Part shown: positions 1-8,918 of the stretch, one piece after another | How positions within the stretch are numbered: position 1 is the stretch's first letter | Layout: every line of letters starts with the position of its first letter | Assembly (NCBI GenBank): GCA_965249135.1 | Contig: OZ252220.1 | Location: forward strand, 1,120,001-1,184,000 | Direction of reading: 5' to 3' | From: Alphaproteobacteria bacterium | Lineage (GTDB): Bacteria > Pseudomonadota > Alphaproteobacteria > GCA-2746255 | DNA length: 64,000 nt | Notes under the pieces: generated by a model | What the model was told of the DNA's origin: nothing | Seen by the model: the letters and a program-made list of their open reading frames with translations, nothing else | Databases searched by the model: none | Made by a program: the position numbers and the translations under genes

Positions 1-127
1 CCGTGAGCGACGGGAAGGATTTGTAGTCCTTCAAATGCGGAACCGCGTTCAAAATTGTCGGCGTGCCCGGGCTATCGAAGGCGGCCAGGTCGGGCAAGTA
101 TTCGCCGAAGGGGATCGGGGCTCCCAT
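1..127 (-). CDS. Phage tail/DNA-stabilisation protein, N-terminal part (runs off window)
   Basis: ATG at 127 directly after the upstream TAG; open frame MGAPIPFGEYLPDLAAFDSPG...; position after the adaptor gene. Confidence 0.55.
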   Translation of the reverse strand, partial: MGAPIPFGEYLPDLAAFDSPGTPTILNAVPHLKDYKSFPSLT

Positions 128-790
128 CTATGGCGCTCCTGCGTCGGTGCGGATCTGAAGGGCCGAGCCCGCGTGCTTCGCCAGATGGTCGGAGCTTTGC
201 AGGCCGCCGGTCGCCGCCCGAAACATCGAGTACCAGCGCGCAAGCTGCGAATCGTTCTTATTCAGGAACGGCATCGCCTCAAGGAGCACCGCGTAGAGAT
301 AGACGTTCGGGTGGTTGGTGAGCAGGGAGTTCGTCGGGTTCGACGTGCCGAGCGGGTTAAATCGTTTATACGATAAAAGCTTGAGGGTGTAGGTCGCGTC
401 CGGCACCGGGCCGAAAACGAAGTTACTTCCCTCGATCGTGAACACCTCCGGCTTGCCGGTCTCGGATCCGGCCCACATGGTTCGGAGCTGGTCCGGCGTC
501 ACGTACTTCACGACCCGCTTCGGATCCCCGGAAAAGAACATCCGGCGCGGCTCCAGGAAGAGCGACGGCAGGGCTTCTTCTTCCGAATTGACCGTGAAGT
601 CCTCGGTCTGTTCCATGATGCGGATGCGAAGCGGCGGCGAGGGGAAGGGCATGTCCGGCGATTCCTCCATGCCGTAATAGATCCGCGCCTCGCTGAGCGT
701 GATGAATTCGGGGATCCGGGTGTTGAGGTTCGAGCGGTGCAGCCAGTTGCCGACCGCCGAGATGAGCTCTACGTTGGTGGTGATCGCCAT
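128..790 (-). CDS. Phage head-tail adaptor / tail tubular-like protein
   Basis: 220 aa, MAITTNVELISAVGNWLHRSNL..IPEFITLSEAR, C-terminal HPNVYLYAVLLEA; lies in structural module. Confidence 0.7.
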   Translation of the reverse strand: MAITTNVELISAVGNWLHRSNLNTRIPEFITLSEARIYYGMEESPDMPFPSPPLRIRIMEQTEDFTVNSEEEALPSLFLEPRRMFFSGDPKRVVKYVTPDQLRTMWAGSETGKPEVFTIEGSNFVFGPVPDATYTLKLLSYKRFNPLGTSNPTNSLLTNHPNVYLYAVLLEAMPFLNKNDSQLARWYSMFRAATGGLQSSDHLAKHAGSALQIRTDAGAP

Positions 791-1434
791 TAGGCCGCGT
801 CCTCCTCGGAGAGCGTCACGCCTTCCACCTCGGCCATCTCGTTTGTGTATTCGAGTTCGCCCGTGTGCGTGACCTCGAGCGATAGCCGGTGGTCGATCAG
901 CACCTTGAAGCCCTTGTTGCGGGCCTGGGTGAAAAAGAACATGTCCTCGCCGCCAAACCGCTTGAGCTCCTCAATCCAGGGGAGCGCAAACCACGGCTTC
1001 TCGATCTCCCGGAACACGCTGGCCTCGGTCAGCACGACGCCCAAGCCCGTTTGCGCGATCGCCTGGTAGCGCGGGCTCTCCCGCGTAGAAACGACCCGCT
1101 TGCCGTCGTTGTCGATGGCGACCGGCTCATGGGGCGGCGATCGTTTCACGTAATTCGCGCCGATGATCGGCGTCTTTGCTTCGATCAGTTGGTCGAGCGT
1201 GTCGCCAGGAAAGCGCATGTCCGTATCGAGCCAGAGGAGATGTGTGGCCTCCCATTTGAGCGCCGCTTCGACGAGATCCGTCCGCTGGTTCGGAAGCAGG
1301 GATCCGCGCACGTAAAGGACACGAAGCCCGACCGACGGATGCAGGCCCGTGAACTGGCCGGTGAGGCGCGCCAAGCAAAAGCCGAAGATGGCGTGCCAGT
1401 GGTCGCGGCTCGGGATGCAGATGGCGATTTTCAT
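790..1434 (-). CDS. Glycosyltransferase family 2-like (GT-A fold) phage protein
   Basis: ATG at 1434 overlaps the upstream stop (ATGA); MKIAICIPS start, HLLWLDTDMRF DxD motif, GLGVVL, GEDMFF. Confidence 0.8.
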   Translation of the reverse strand: MKIAICIPSRDHWHAIFGFCLARLTGQFTGLHPSVGLRVLYVRGSLLPNQRTDLVEAALKWEATHLLWLDTDMRFPGDTLDQLIEAKTPIIGANYVKRSPPHEPVAIDNDGKRVVSTRESPRYQAIAQTGLGVVLTEASVFREIEKPWFALPWIEELKRFGGEDMFFFTQARNKGFKVLIDHRLSLEVTHTGELEYTNEMAEVEGVTLSEEDAA

Positions 1435-1748
1435 AGACCACCCGATGAGGTGCGGAATTTCGAGTAGTCGGGATCGCGTAGCTTCCTCTCCACGGCGGGC
1501 CAGTGCTCCTTGTTGTAGACGTCGATCCCCTCCTCCTTCAGCCACTTCTCGACAAAGATGTTCGGGATGCTGGCAATACGCCGCCATTCCCGTGAGGGCG
1601 AAAAGCCCTTGCCCTCGTTCCGCATGATCTCGTTCGCCTTCAGGATCGGCTCGACGTCCTGGATCCGCTCCTCGGTGAGGACGTCGGTGAGCTCGTCGTA
1701 GGTGTAGACGGTGGCGATGTCGCCGCCTTCTACAACGCGGTGCGTCAT
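1431..1748 (-). CDS. Conserved phage hypothetical protein
   Basis: 105 aa, QDVEPILKAN...WRRIASIP...KLRDPDYSKFRT; ATGA-coupled on both sides. Confidence 0.75.
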   Translation of the reverse strand: MTHRVVEGGDIATVYTYDELTDVLTEERIQDVEPILKANEIMRNEGKGFSPSREWRRIASIPNIFVEKWLKEEGIDVYNKEHWPAVERKLRDPDYSKFRTSSGGL

Positions 1749-1993
1749 GGGCCCACCTGATCCGGGAAGAACGCTTTGTTGAAAGGCTTGAGCGCAGCCC
1801 TTTCGCCAAGCGCGAGAGCGAGGTCGGATTCGTCGCCAGCAGCGATCGTCCAGAGCTTCTGCGTCGGGTGCTTGACGACTTCGGAGTACCGTTCCGTTTT
1901 CGTGGCAGGGTTCGGATAGCCCTTGGCCGCGTCCATCTTCGCAGCAAAAGCATCGGCTTCGGCTTCCATAGCAAACTCAAGAAAACCGTTCAT
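1745..1993 (-). CDS. Phage hypothetical protein (82 aa)
   Basis: ATG at 1993 (MNGFLEFAMEAEADAF), stop overlaps the next ATG. Confidence 0.6.
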   Translation of the reverse strand: MNGFLEFAMEAEADAFAAKMDAAKGYPNPATKTERYSEVVKHPTQKLWTIAAGDESDLALALGERAALKPFNKAFFPDQVGP

Positions 1994-2141
1994 ATCCCGT
2001 AGGCCCCCATGCAGTCGCGGCGCAGCCGTTCCTTGTCGGCATCGGCGAGCAGCGGCACGACCAGCCGCCGACAAGCCCTGGGATGAGCTGCGGGACGAAG
2101 CCGCGCTGGCTTCCGCTAAGATGTCCGGGGCGAATGAGCAT
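1990..2141 (-). pseudogene. Internally deleted virion-protein gene remnant
   Basis: N-terminal frame MLIRPGHLSGSQRGFVPQLIPGLVGGW from ATG 2141; a different frame gives VVPLLADADKERLRRDCMGAYGI* ending in ATGA overlap at 1990-1993. Confidence 0.45.
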
Positions 2142-2150
2142 CGGCCGCCC

Positions 2151-2444
2151 CTATTTCGACATCTCGGTAACGTGGAGCACTCCTGTCCCGCCGTCGGTGA
2201 TCGCGGCGACCTTCTGGCCCGGCGTGATGTCGAAGTATTCCGCCCCGCCAAGATCCAGCGGCGTGTCGTTCACGGTAGCAACCGGCGTGGTATCGACGAC
2301 AAAGTAGCAGCGTACCGTGCACTCGAGGCGGACCTGCCTGGTCTGCGCGCCGACGCCATTCGTAATCGCCGCCGAGGTGCTGGAGATGGAGACCTTCTGA
2401 TTCGTGATCGGCCGCAGGGTCGGAAGAAAATTGCCTTGGCTCAT
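2151..2444 (-). CDS. Small beta-rich phage structural protein (possible head decoration)
   Basis: 97 aa directly after the capsid gene, EYFDITPGQKVAAI; GAGGAA SD. Confidence 0.7.
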   Translation of the reverse strand: MSQGNFLPTLRPITNQKVSISSTSAAITNGVGAQTRQVRLECTVRCYFVVDTTPVATVNDTPLDLGGAEYFDITPGQKVAAITDGGTGVLHVTEMSK

Positions 2445-2484
2445 AGCCTTGTTCCTCTGTCAGATCCTCAAATTGTCGGAAGGA

Positions 2485-2508
2485 CGGGGAGGAGTTGCCC
2501 CCTCCCCG
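2485..2508. terminator. GC hairpin after capsid gene (terminator or mRNA stabiliser)
   Basis: CGGGGAGG-N8-CCTCCCCG inverted repeat; U-tract weak on the coding strand. Confidence 0.45.
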
Positions 2509-2518
2509 CTTTTCCCGT

Positions 2519-3463
2519 CTACGCCGTCGTCAGATCCCGGATCGCACCGGAAGCCTTCTCGTTACGTGCCTCGAGAGTGAACTCCACCGACAGCAGCTTG
2601 CGGTTCGAGTGCCCGGTCTTGGCGAGGTCTTCGAGCTTGAAGGGCTGAAGGTAGGCGACCGCCCACATGTCCTTCTGAAGCAGGAAGGCCGAGCGCGCCC
2701 GCTGGAAGCGGTTGGGAACCACCTTGATCGTCCCGAAGTCGCTTTCGTAGACGTCCACGGCCGCCACCAGCTTCTTGTCCTCGGACTTGTCGAAACGCGT
2801 CGACCCGCCCGTGAATCCGGACACGGCCTGCTTGTTGAACCCGCCCACCATCAGGCAGTCGGGGTCTCCGCCTTCGTTCCATGTGGATTGGATGGAGGCC
2901 TTGAGGTTGGCTTCCGTGAAGGCGGTTTGCGACCCATCCGTCGGTGCGTCCGTGCCGTCGCCGGTTGGACTCGCTCCGCCCGCACCGAACACGTCGTTCT
3001 GTGCGATCCAGGTCTCGAGCGAGGCCAGGGCCGATGCGACCGAAGAGCTACCCGCCTCCTTGACTTGGTTTTGGGTGAGAACGCTCTCCATGTCGCGCTT
3101 GAGAGCGCGCGACCGCTTGGCGGCCTGGTAGGCCATCTCGGACTTGCGCCCCGCCTTGCTGACCGCGTCCTGCCTGGACGAGGTCGAGACCGCCTTGTCG
3201 GAAAGCTGCGTGTAGTTTCCGAGGCGGGTGGTTGCCGCTGCGGCATCGGCGTCGACGTCGTCGCCTTCGACGACCTTGTTCGTCGTCACGGCGGCTTCCA
3301 GGGCGTCGGTCTGCCACTCATGCAACGCCCCGGTTGCCTTGCCACGGGCGCACATGCTTAGAAACGGTACCTCCGTCGGGGAGATGTTGTAAATCCGGTC
3401 GGCGAGATCTTCTCGCTCACCGCTCGAATCGTAGGTGTCGAAGGTGTTTGTTGGCTGTGCCAT
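2519..3463 (-). CDS. Major capsid protein (DUF5309/SU10-like)
   Basis: GEREDLADRIYNISPTEVPF, HEWQTDAL, KRDME, YESDFG, LAKTG motifs. Confidence 0.9.
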   Translation of the reverse strand: MAQPTNTFDTYDSSGEREDLADRIYNISPTEVPFLSMCARGKATGALHEWQTDALEAAVTTNKVVEGDDVDADAAAATTRLGNYTQLSDKAVSTSSRQDAVSKAGRKSEMAYQAAKRSRALKRDMESVLTQNQVKEAGSSSVASALASLETWIAQNDVFGAGGASPTGDGTDAPTDGSQTAFTEANLKASIQSTWNEGGDPDCLMVGGFNKQAVSGFTGGSTRFDKSEDKKLVAAVDVYESDFGTIKVVPNRFQRARSAFLLQKDMWAVAYLQPFKLEDLAKTGHSNRKLLSVEFTLEARNEKASGAIRDLTTA

Positions 3464-3478
3464 TGTCGCTTTCTATCC

Positions 3479-4540
3479 TCAGACAAAGTCCTCAAATGCG
3501 ACGGCGGCGTCCTTCATGTCGCCAGTCTGCTTGAGGCGTTTCGCGGCGGCGGCACTACGTTTTTTCGATCGAGAGACATTCGGCTGTTTCGCTCCCGGCT
3601 TCAGAACCTTCGGCTTGTTGGCGACCTTCTTGTTCACCTTGGCCTTGCTCTTCTGCAGGGATTTCCAACGCAAAGCGTCGATGGCGACCTGGATGGTCCG
3701 ATGGTCGAACACGCCTTTCAGCTCGTCGAGCGTGAATCCGTATCCGGTCAGGTGGGTTTGAAGGGCCTTCCGAAGCTGCGGTCCCTTGACCGGATCTCCG
3801 AATGTCGGCACGGCGCGCATGAGGGCCGCCGATTCCTCGCGGACATAGTCCTTGAAGCGGTCGGCCTGATCCCCCTTCGCTTTCGCCATTTGGCCCTCGC
3901 GTTCCGCTTTCGCGTCGGCAAGCGCTTGCTGGCACTTTTCGAGCCGTGCCTTCTCCCGGACGTATTCGTCCGGATGCTCGTCGAGAAGTTTGTCGAGGTC
4001 GGCCTCTTCGCTCTTGAGTTGTCCCTCAAGAGTTTCGGTGAGGCCGTCCATCCGTTCAACGTATTGCTGCCGTTCGTCAAGGAAGGCTTGCTCCGCCCCC
4101 GCCAGTTGGCGGCCGCGCTCCGCAACCTCCTCGGTTTTTTGGCTGTAGTCCTGCTGTCGGAGGTATCCCTTCTTCAGCTCGTCGACGGGGACCTTGACGC
4201 TCTTCCCGTCGAGTTGGAGCTCGATCAGGTCCTTGTCCTCTTCCGCGTCGGAGCCCTCGAGTAGATCCTCGATCTCGCTGGACTCGTCTTGCTCGCCTTC
4301 GCCCGCGTCGTCCTCTTCACCTTCTTCGTCCGCTTCGGCGTCGTCCGCATCCGCGTCGTCGCCCTCTTCGGTTTCGTCGTCGGTTTCCGTGGCTTCCGTG
4401 TCGCCGGCCTCTTCCTGCTCTCCGGGTGTCCCGTCGTCGGGGTCCAACAGTCCAGGGATGGCTTCGAGTGCCTTCGCGGCTTCCTCGGTGGTCTCCAGAG
4501 GTCCTGTCTCCAGGGTGTCTCCTGCGTTTTCCTTTGCCAT
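3479..4540 (-). CDS. Capsid scaffolding protein
   Basis: Acidic N-terminus, ELKKGYLRQQDYSQKT motif, coiled coil, immediately upstream of capsid. Confidence 0.85.
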   Translation of the reverse strand: MAKENAGDTLETGPLETTEEAAKALEAIPGLLDPDDGTPGEQEEAGDTEATETDDETEEGDDADADDAEADEEGEEDDAGEGEQDESSEIEDLLEGSDAEEDKDLIELQLDGKSVKVPVDELKKGYLRQQDYSQKTEEVAERGRQLAGAEQAFLDERQQYVERMDGLTETLEGQLKSEEADLDKLLDEHPDEYVREKARLEKCQQALADAKAEREGQMAKAKGDQADRFKDYVREESAALMRAVPTFGDPVKGPQLRKALQTHLTGYGFTLDELKGVFDHRTIQVAIDALRWKSLQKSKAKVNKKVANKPKVLKPGAKQPNVSRSKKRSAAAAKRLKQTGDMKDAAVAFEDFV

Positions 4541-4562
4541 CGTGTCCTCTTACTGGTTGGCC

Positions 4563-4907
4563 TTATGCGCTCCTGAGCTTCCGCTTCGCGGCATCTCGGA
4601 ATTTCTTGATCCGGGCTTGGATCATCTCGAGCTGCGTCATTGCCATCTGGCCGGTCGTGACGTGGTTCTCGAGGGTGGCCTTCACCCGATCGAGGAGCTT
4701 GAGCATCGTGAAGATCTGCTCGCGTCCCTCTACGTCTCGTGCCGGGGATTCGCTCCAGGCCTTCAGAAACTCCTCGCGGATTTCCGTGAAGGCGGCGGCG
4801 AGGAGGTCGTCCTTGAGGAGCTGCTCTGCCCGGGATGCCCGATGGGTCTCATCGAGCCGGGCGGCCTCGTCCTCGAGTAGGGCCTCCATCGTTTCGTCGT
4901 TTGACAT
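4563..4907 (-). CDS. Conserved phage protein between portal and scaffold
   Basis: 114 aa, RAEQLLKDDLLAAAF..W..S...D...RE pattern. Confidence 0.75.
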   Translation of the reverse strand: MSNDETMEALLEDEAARLDETHRASRAEQLLKDDLLAAAFTEIREEFLKAWSESPARDVEGREQIFTMLKLLDRVKATLENHVTTGQMAMTQLEMIQARIKKFRDAAKRKLRSA

Positions 4908-4943
4908 ACGAATCCCCTGCCTTGTGGTAACGGTGCGGCGGAC

Positions 4944-5114
4944 CTAGTAGTCCATCGCTCCTTTGCCGGTGTTCTTCTTCGTGCTCGGGGCGCTGCTCTT
5001 TTTGTTCAGGCGGCTCTCGACCACGTTCGCTCCGGCCTTGCCGAAGTCGGAATCCGGGCATCCGTTCTTGTCGGTCTTGGTGCCTGGACAGGTAGGTGCT
5101 GGACTGGATTTCAT
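4944..5114 (-). CDS. Small phage hypothetical protein (56 aa)
   Basis: GAGGA SD, ATG 5114, MKSSPAPTCPGTKTDKNGCPDSDFGK...MDY*; below the ORF-track cutoff. Confidence 0.5.
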   Translation of the reverse strand: MKSSPAPTCPGTKTDKNGCPDSDFGKAGANVVESRLNKKSSAPSTKKNTGKGAMDY

Positions 5115-5129
5115 GGTTCCATCCTCTTG

Positions 5130-7334
5130 CTACAAATGATCGGCTGGGCCTTCCACGGGCACCCGGCCCTTCTGCGCGCCCCCGTTGGCGCTTGCTTTCG
5201 CTCCGGCCATCTGACCGGCGATCTTGAGTTGGATCTCAGCTTCGAGCTCTTTCTCCTGAAGCCTGAACTTGCGCTCGCTCATGTCCTTTTCGTGTTCCCA
5301 CTTCTCGCGGTCGAGTTTGATGTCGGCCTCGAGCTTTTGCTGGTCGTGCTTGATCTTGGCCTGGACCGCCATGAGCTTCGGGTCCGGCTGTTGTTCCTGC
5401 CCCGGCGCGTTTTCGTCGTCTTCCTTCGGGGCGGCGAAGTATTTGTCGGCGTCCTTGAAACCCATCGCCTCGACGCGCTTCGTGACCGTGTGGTGAATGT
5501 TCTTGAGTGTCACCAGCGGGCCATCGACGCCGCCCTGGCGCTCGACGATCTTCTCCTGGATGTCGAGAAGATTGGTCAGCATGGCGACCATCATCTCGCG
5601 GTTGCCGTGGCCGAGGCCGACGCTGATCGTGTAGTCCATGCGGGCGTTCCACGAACGCGGATCCATCTCGACGAACTTGTTGCGGAGCCGGATCATGCGC
5701 GGCTTGTCCTGGTGCTTGGCGGCCAGGCGCAGGATCTTGCGGAACCAGTCCTTGACGCCGGTCTCGGCGAAGATCCGGGCGATCAGCTCGACCCGGGCCT
5801 GGGCTGCGGTGAGCGCCATGTTGAGACCGGCCGCCGTCTCGTGGAGCGTGTCGGCGTCGAGGCCTTGGGTCTTGCGCGAGACGCCGGAGCGGTTCTCCAT
5901 GAGCTCGTCGAGGTAGCCGAGCATGTCGTAGGCGGGCTGGCCGAGCTGGTTGGTGACGATCTCGCGGATCATCCCGGCCCGCTTCACGCGGACCACGCCG
6001 CCGGGGCGCGAGGTGAGCAGATCGTCGAGGTTGACCTGGCCGTCGACCACTTCCGTCCGGCCGTTGTTCGTGAGGTAGAGGTTGTCGAGGATCTGCCGGA
6101 GGATCGTCGTCTTGATGAGCTGGAGATCTTTGATGATGTCGGCGACCGCAAACCCGTGCAGCTTGTGGGGCATCGGGATCGGGGTGATGTCGGAGAAGGG
6201 GTTTTCCTCGATCGCCTCATTCTCGAGGATGTGGGTGCCGTTGCCTGCGACCGTGATCTGCCGTAGCTCGGCGATCCCGTCGCCATCCCAATCGACCCGG
6301 ATGTAGCACTCCGTCACCCAAATCGTCCGCATCTGCTGATTGCCGACATAGTCCTCGTCGGTCGGGTACTCCTCCTCGTTCGCGTACCGAGTGACGCGCT
6401 CGTCGTTGTATTCGTCGCCGTCGTCGGACGGCAGGCTGTCGACGAGCTCTTGGGAGTAGCCCGCCTCGATCAGCTCCGAAGCCGTCTTGGGGGTGCGGTG
6501 CGCGGAGAAAGGTGCGTCGACGAGGGTCTTGGTGCGCCGGGACACCAGGAACTCTTCTGGGGGGACGCCTTCCGTGCGGACCCGCTTGACCGTGTTCCGG
6601 CGTTTCACCCGCAGGTCGTGGAGATAGGCTCCACCGAGCAGGCTGCCGAGTTGGCCGCCGAGCGGCGCTTCCGGCAGGCCGTCGTCGCCTAGGTTGATGT
6701 CGGGGAACTCCTCTGGGAGCTGGTCGCGGGTGGTTGGCTCGAAAGGCTCGTCCGCCTCCAGCTCGACAATCGGCACGCCCCCGTCGTCGGTGTCGTACTC
6801 CTTGCCGGCGGCGTCCTTGACGGTGTGCTCGAGGATCTCGACCTCGTCGTCTCCTGCGATCTTGAGGTACTCGCCCTCGTCGAGGTTCGTGTAGACCTCC
6901 TCGTGAACGTCCTCGCGCTCATCCCACCAAGTCTTGATGACGCCGAGCTTCTGGAGCAGGGCGTCCTTGAACCAGGTGTGGACGATCATGAATCCGGGGT
7001 TGTCGCGCTGCGCGATGAAGTTGACGTAGTCGGTGGCCTGTTCCGCGCCCCCGATGTCCTCCTCGCCCTCGGGCTGGAACTCGCCGATGTTCTCGGAGCT
7101 GAAGAAGATGCGGAGCAGCGAAGGGAGGATCCACTCGATCGTGTCCATCACCTCGCGGGTGACGACGCTCGAGCGCCCTTCGATCTCGTTGCCGTAGGGC
7201 TGGCCCTCGTAGCGTTCGAGGCTGTCTCGCCGATCGTTCGACAAGTCGCCGTCGAGGTATCCGATGGAGCTGTGGATGTTCTGCTGGATGATCGACTTGA
7301 GATCTTCCTCGGCCATCCGTTCGGCTTCAGCCAT
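5130..7334 (-). CDS. Portal protein (P22-like)
   Basis: GNEIEGRSSVVTREVMDTIEWILPSL, WFKDALLQKLG, DYTISVGLG; start chosen at ATG 7334. Confidence 0.9.
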   Translation of the reverse strand: MAEAERMAEEDLKSIIQQNIHSSIGYLDGDLSNDRRDSLERYEGQPYGNEIEGRSSVVTREVMDTIEWILPSLLRIFFSSENIGEFQPEGEEDIGGAEQATDYVNFIAQRDNPGFMIVHTWFKDALLQKLGVIKTWWDEREDVHEEVYTNLDEGEYLKIAGDDEVEILEHTVKDAAGKEYDTDDGGVPIVELEADEPFEPTTRDQLPEEFPDINLGDDGLPEAPLGGQLGSLLGGAYLHDLRVKRRNTVKRVRTEGVPPEEFLVSRRTKTLVDAPFSAHRTPKTASELIEAGYSQELVDSLPSDDGDEYNDERVTRYANEEEYPTDEDYVGNQQMRTIWVTECYIRVDWDGDGIAELRQITVAGNGTHILENEAIEENPFSDITPIPMPHKLHGFAVADIIKDLQLIKTTILRQILDNLYLTNNGRTEVVDGQVNLDDLLTSRPGGVVRVKRAGMIREIVTNQLGQPAYDMLGYLDELMENRSGVSRKTQGLDADTLHETAAGLNMALTAAQARVELIARIFAETGVKDWFRKILRLAAKHQDKPRMIRLRNKFVEMDPRSWNARMDYTISVGLGHGNREMMVAMLTNLLDIQEKIVERQGGVDGPLVTLKNIHHTVTKRVEAMGFKDADKYFAAPKEDDENAPGQEQQPDPKLMAVQAKIKHDQQKLEADIKLDREKWEHEKDMSERKFRLQEKELEAEIQLKIAGQMAGAKASANGGAQKGRVPVEGPADHL

Positions 7335-7629
7335 GCCTGGGGCCCTGGCGTGGTGCACTACATCGACAGGGCCTTACACGGTCTATGGGCCGTTGTTCAT
7401 TGGGACACTGGATTTTGTGGGGGATCCCAGGGGGCTGCCTGGGCGACATGTATACAAGTATATCGCGTCACCCGAAATTCGCACTTTTGCCTAATTACCG
7501 AACCTAAAGTGTAGTTATCCGGCAGGATCCTGGGCCCGGACTTTTGCCTAACCCTGTCTCTCCACCCCTTAACCCCTTAACCCCTTGGGTGGAAATGAAC
7601 TTGCGAAAATGCGCAGATTGACGATTCGG

Positions 7630-8013
7630 CTACCCACTGAAGAGCTCCCGAATCCGGTGGCGGATCCGCGACACGGTGCGGCGATGGACGTGGTGGGCCC
7701 GGGCGATCGCTTGGTCCGAGATCGCCTGGGTGAGAAGCGTGCGGATGATGCTTGACCGCTCAGGGTGGCGCGATCGGTTGCGGCCGAGGGGAATCTCGAT
7801 GACCTCGCCGCCATAGGCTTCGACCAGGGCTTGCATTTGCTCCTCCCCAAGCAGTCGCGCGATGCGAGAGCCAGGCCTGAAGCGGATCGGGATGTAGAGC
7901 GACGTCCCCCCTGCCGCCTCGACGAGCTTGCCATCGGCGAAGGTTCGGAGGTCCAGCTCACCAGGCTTTGTTGTCACCCTCCCACCATCGCGGGATAACC
8001 AAGCGGCCTTCAC
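7630..8013 (-). CDS. Mor/C-family transcription activator (start uncertain)
   Basis: LVEAAGGTSLYIP, LVEAYGGEVIEIP and C-terminal HTH AIARAHHVHRRTVSRI. Confidence 0.75.
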   Translation of the reverse strand: MKAAWLSRDGGRVTTKPGELDLRTFADGKLVEAAGGTSLYIPIRFRPGSRIARLLGEEQMQALVEAYGGEVIEIPLGRNRSRHPERSSIIRTLLTQAISDQAIARAHHVHRRTVSRIRHRIRELFSG

Positions 8014-8437
8014 GCGCAGCGCGCCACCCGAACAAATTCCAGCCGTAATCGTGGCAAACGAACCGATTGCCGATCCATCCGAAATTCCCCCGCTTCATGT
8101 CACAGAAGAGATCCGGCACCTTCATCGGGATCTTGCGGTTGAGCGGTTGGGTGCGCTCCTGGATGAGCACGGTGCCGCAGCTCGAGATCCGCAGGCAGGG
8201 AGCAAACCACCGGAGCCACTTGCTGTTTCCGTCCGAGAGCTTCGTCCAGGTCTCCCACTCGACGATGTTCTGGAAGCTTCCCGAGCCGGTCTCGACCTTG
8301 ATGACCAGGCGTTGCGGATCCGGGCCGTACTCGTAGACGTAGCGCCCCTGGCCGGTGCCGAGCTGCTCGCTGCAGAAGAGGCTAAGGAAGCCCCGCTGAC
8401 AGAGCGGCGGCCGGTCGATCGGGTCGCACGGGATCAT
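7958..8437 (-). CDS. Minimal protein-kinase-like protein
   Basis: LGTGQGRYVY Gly loop, VIKV Lys, N..E helix C, DMKRGNFG catalytic loop, DYG. Confidence 0.7.
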   Translation of the reverse strand: MIPCDPIDRPPLCQRGFLSLFCSEQLGTGQGRYVYEYGPDPQRLVIKVETGSGSFQNIVEWETWTKLSDGNSKWLRWFAPCLRISSCGTVLIQERTQPLNRKIPMKVPDLFCDMKRGNFGWIGNRFVCHDYGWNLFGWRAAREGRLVIPRWWEGDNKAW

Positions 8438-8904
8438 GCGGCCTTGCCCCTCTTCGCCTTCCTCCGAGCTGACCGTTTCGTCGGAGTGTCCGGCTTCGGC
8501 GGATCCGGCTCGTTGCCCGGCACGGTGCCGATTCGATCTTCATGGTGCATCTCAACGGGTTCGACGTGGTCGACCTGCACCGGCTTCGGCTCTTCCTCTT
8601 CCGTCGAGGCCTTGCCCGCCATAATCAGCGTCTTCTCGGTGGCCGGGTCTTTCTCTACGCCACACTTTGCGCAAAACGCTGGCCCGCTTGGGCCATGCAT
8701 CCATTGATGGTCGCAGGGAACCGATATTTGCGGCCCTTCCTTGGCCCCCTCCGGCGTCGGCGGAGGCCCCCCGTCCACGACGAACCCGATCCGATCAACC
8801 AGCGTCTCGAATCGTGCCGTCAGATCACCGAAATCCGATAGGAGGTCCTCGACCTGCTGACGGAGCTCATCGAATTGTCTTTTTTCGCCCACACTCATCG
8901 ACAT
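8434..8904 (-). CDS. Phage hypothetical protein with Zn-ribbon-like motif
   Basis: AGGAG SD, ATG 8904; CDHQW...FCAKCG; basic C-terminus. Confidence 0.6.
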   Translation of the reverse strand: MSMSVGEKRQFDELRQQVEDLLSDFGDLTARFETLVDRIGFVVDGGPPPTPEGAKEGPQISVPCDHQWMHGPSGPAFCAKCGVEKDPATEKTLIMAGKASTEEEEPKPVQVDHVEPVEMHHEDRIGTVPGNEPDPPKPDTPTKRSARRKAKRGKAA

Positions 8905-8918
8905 CTTTCGTCTCCTGG

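Noticed and set aside
790-1980. 396-aa ORF as listed in the track
   Set aside because: The upstream half overlaps two better genes; the real start is ATG 1434
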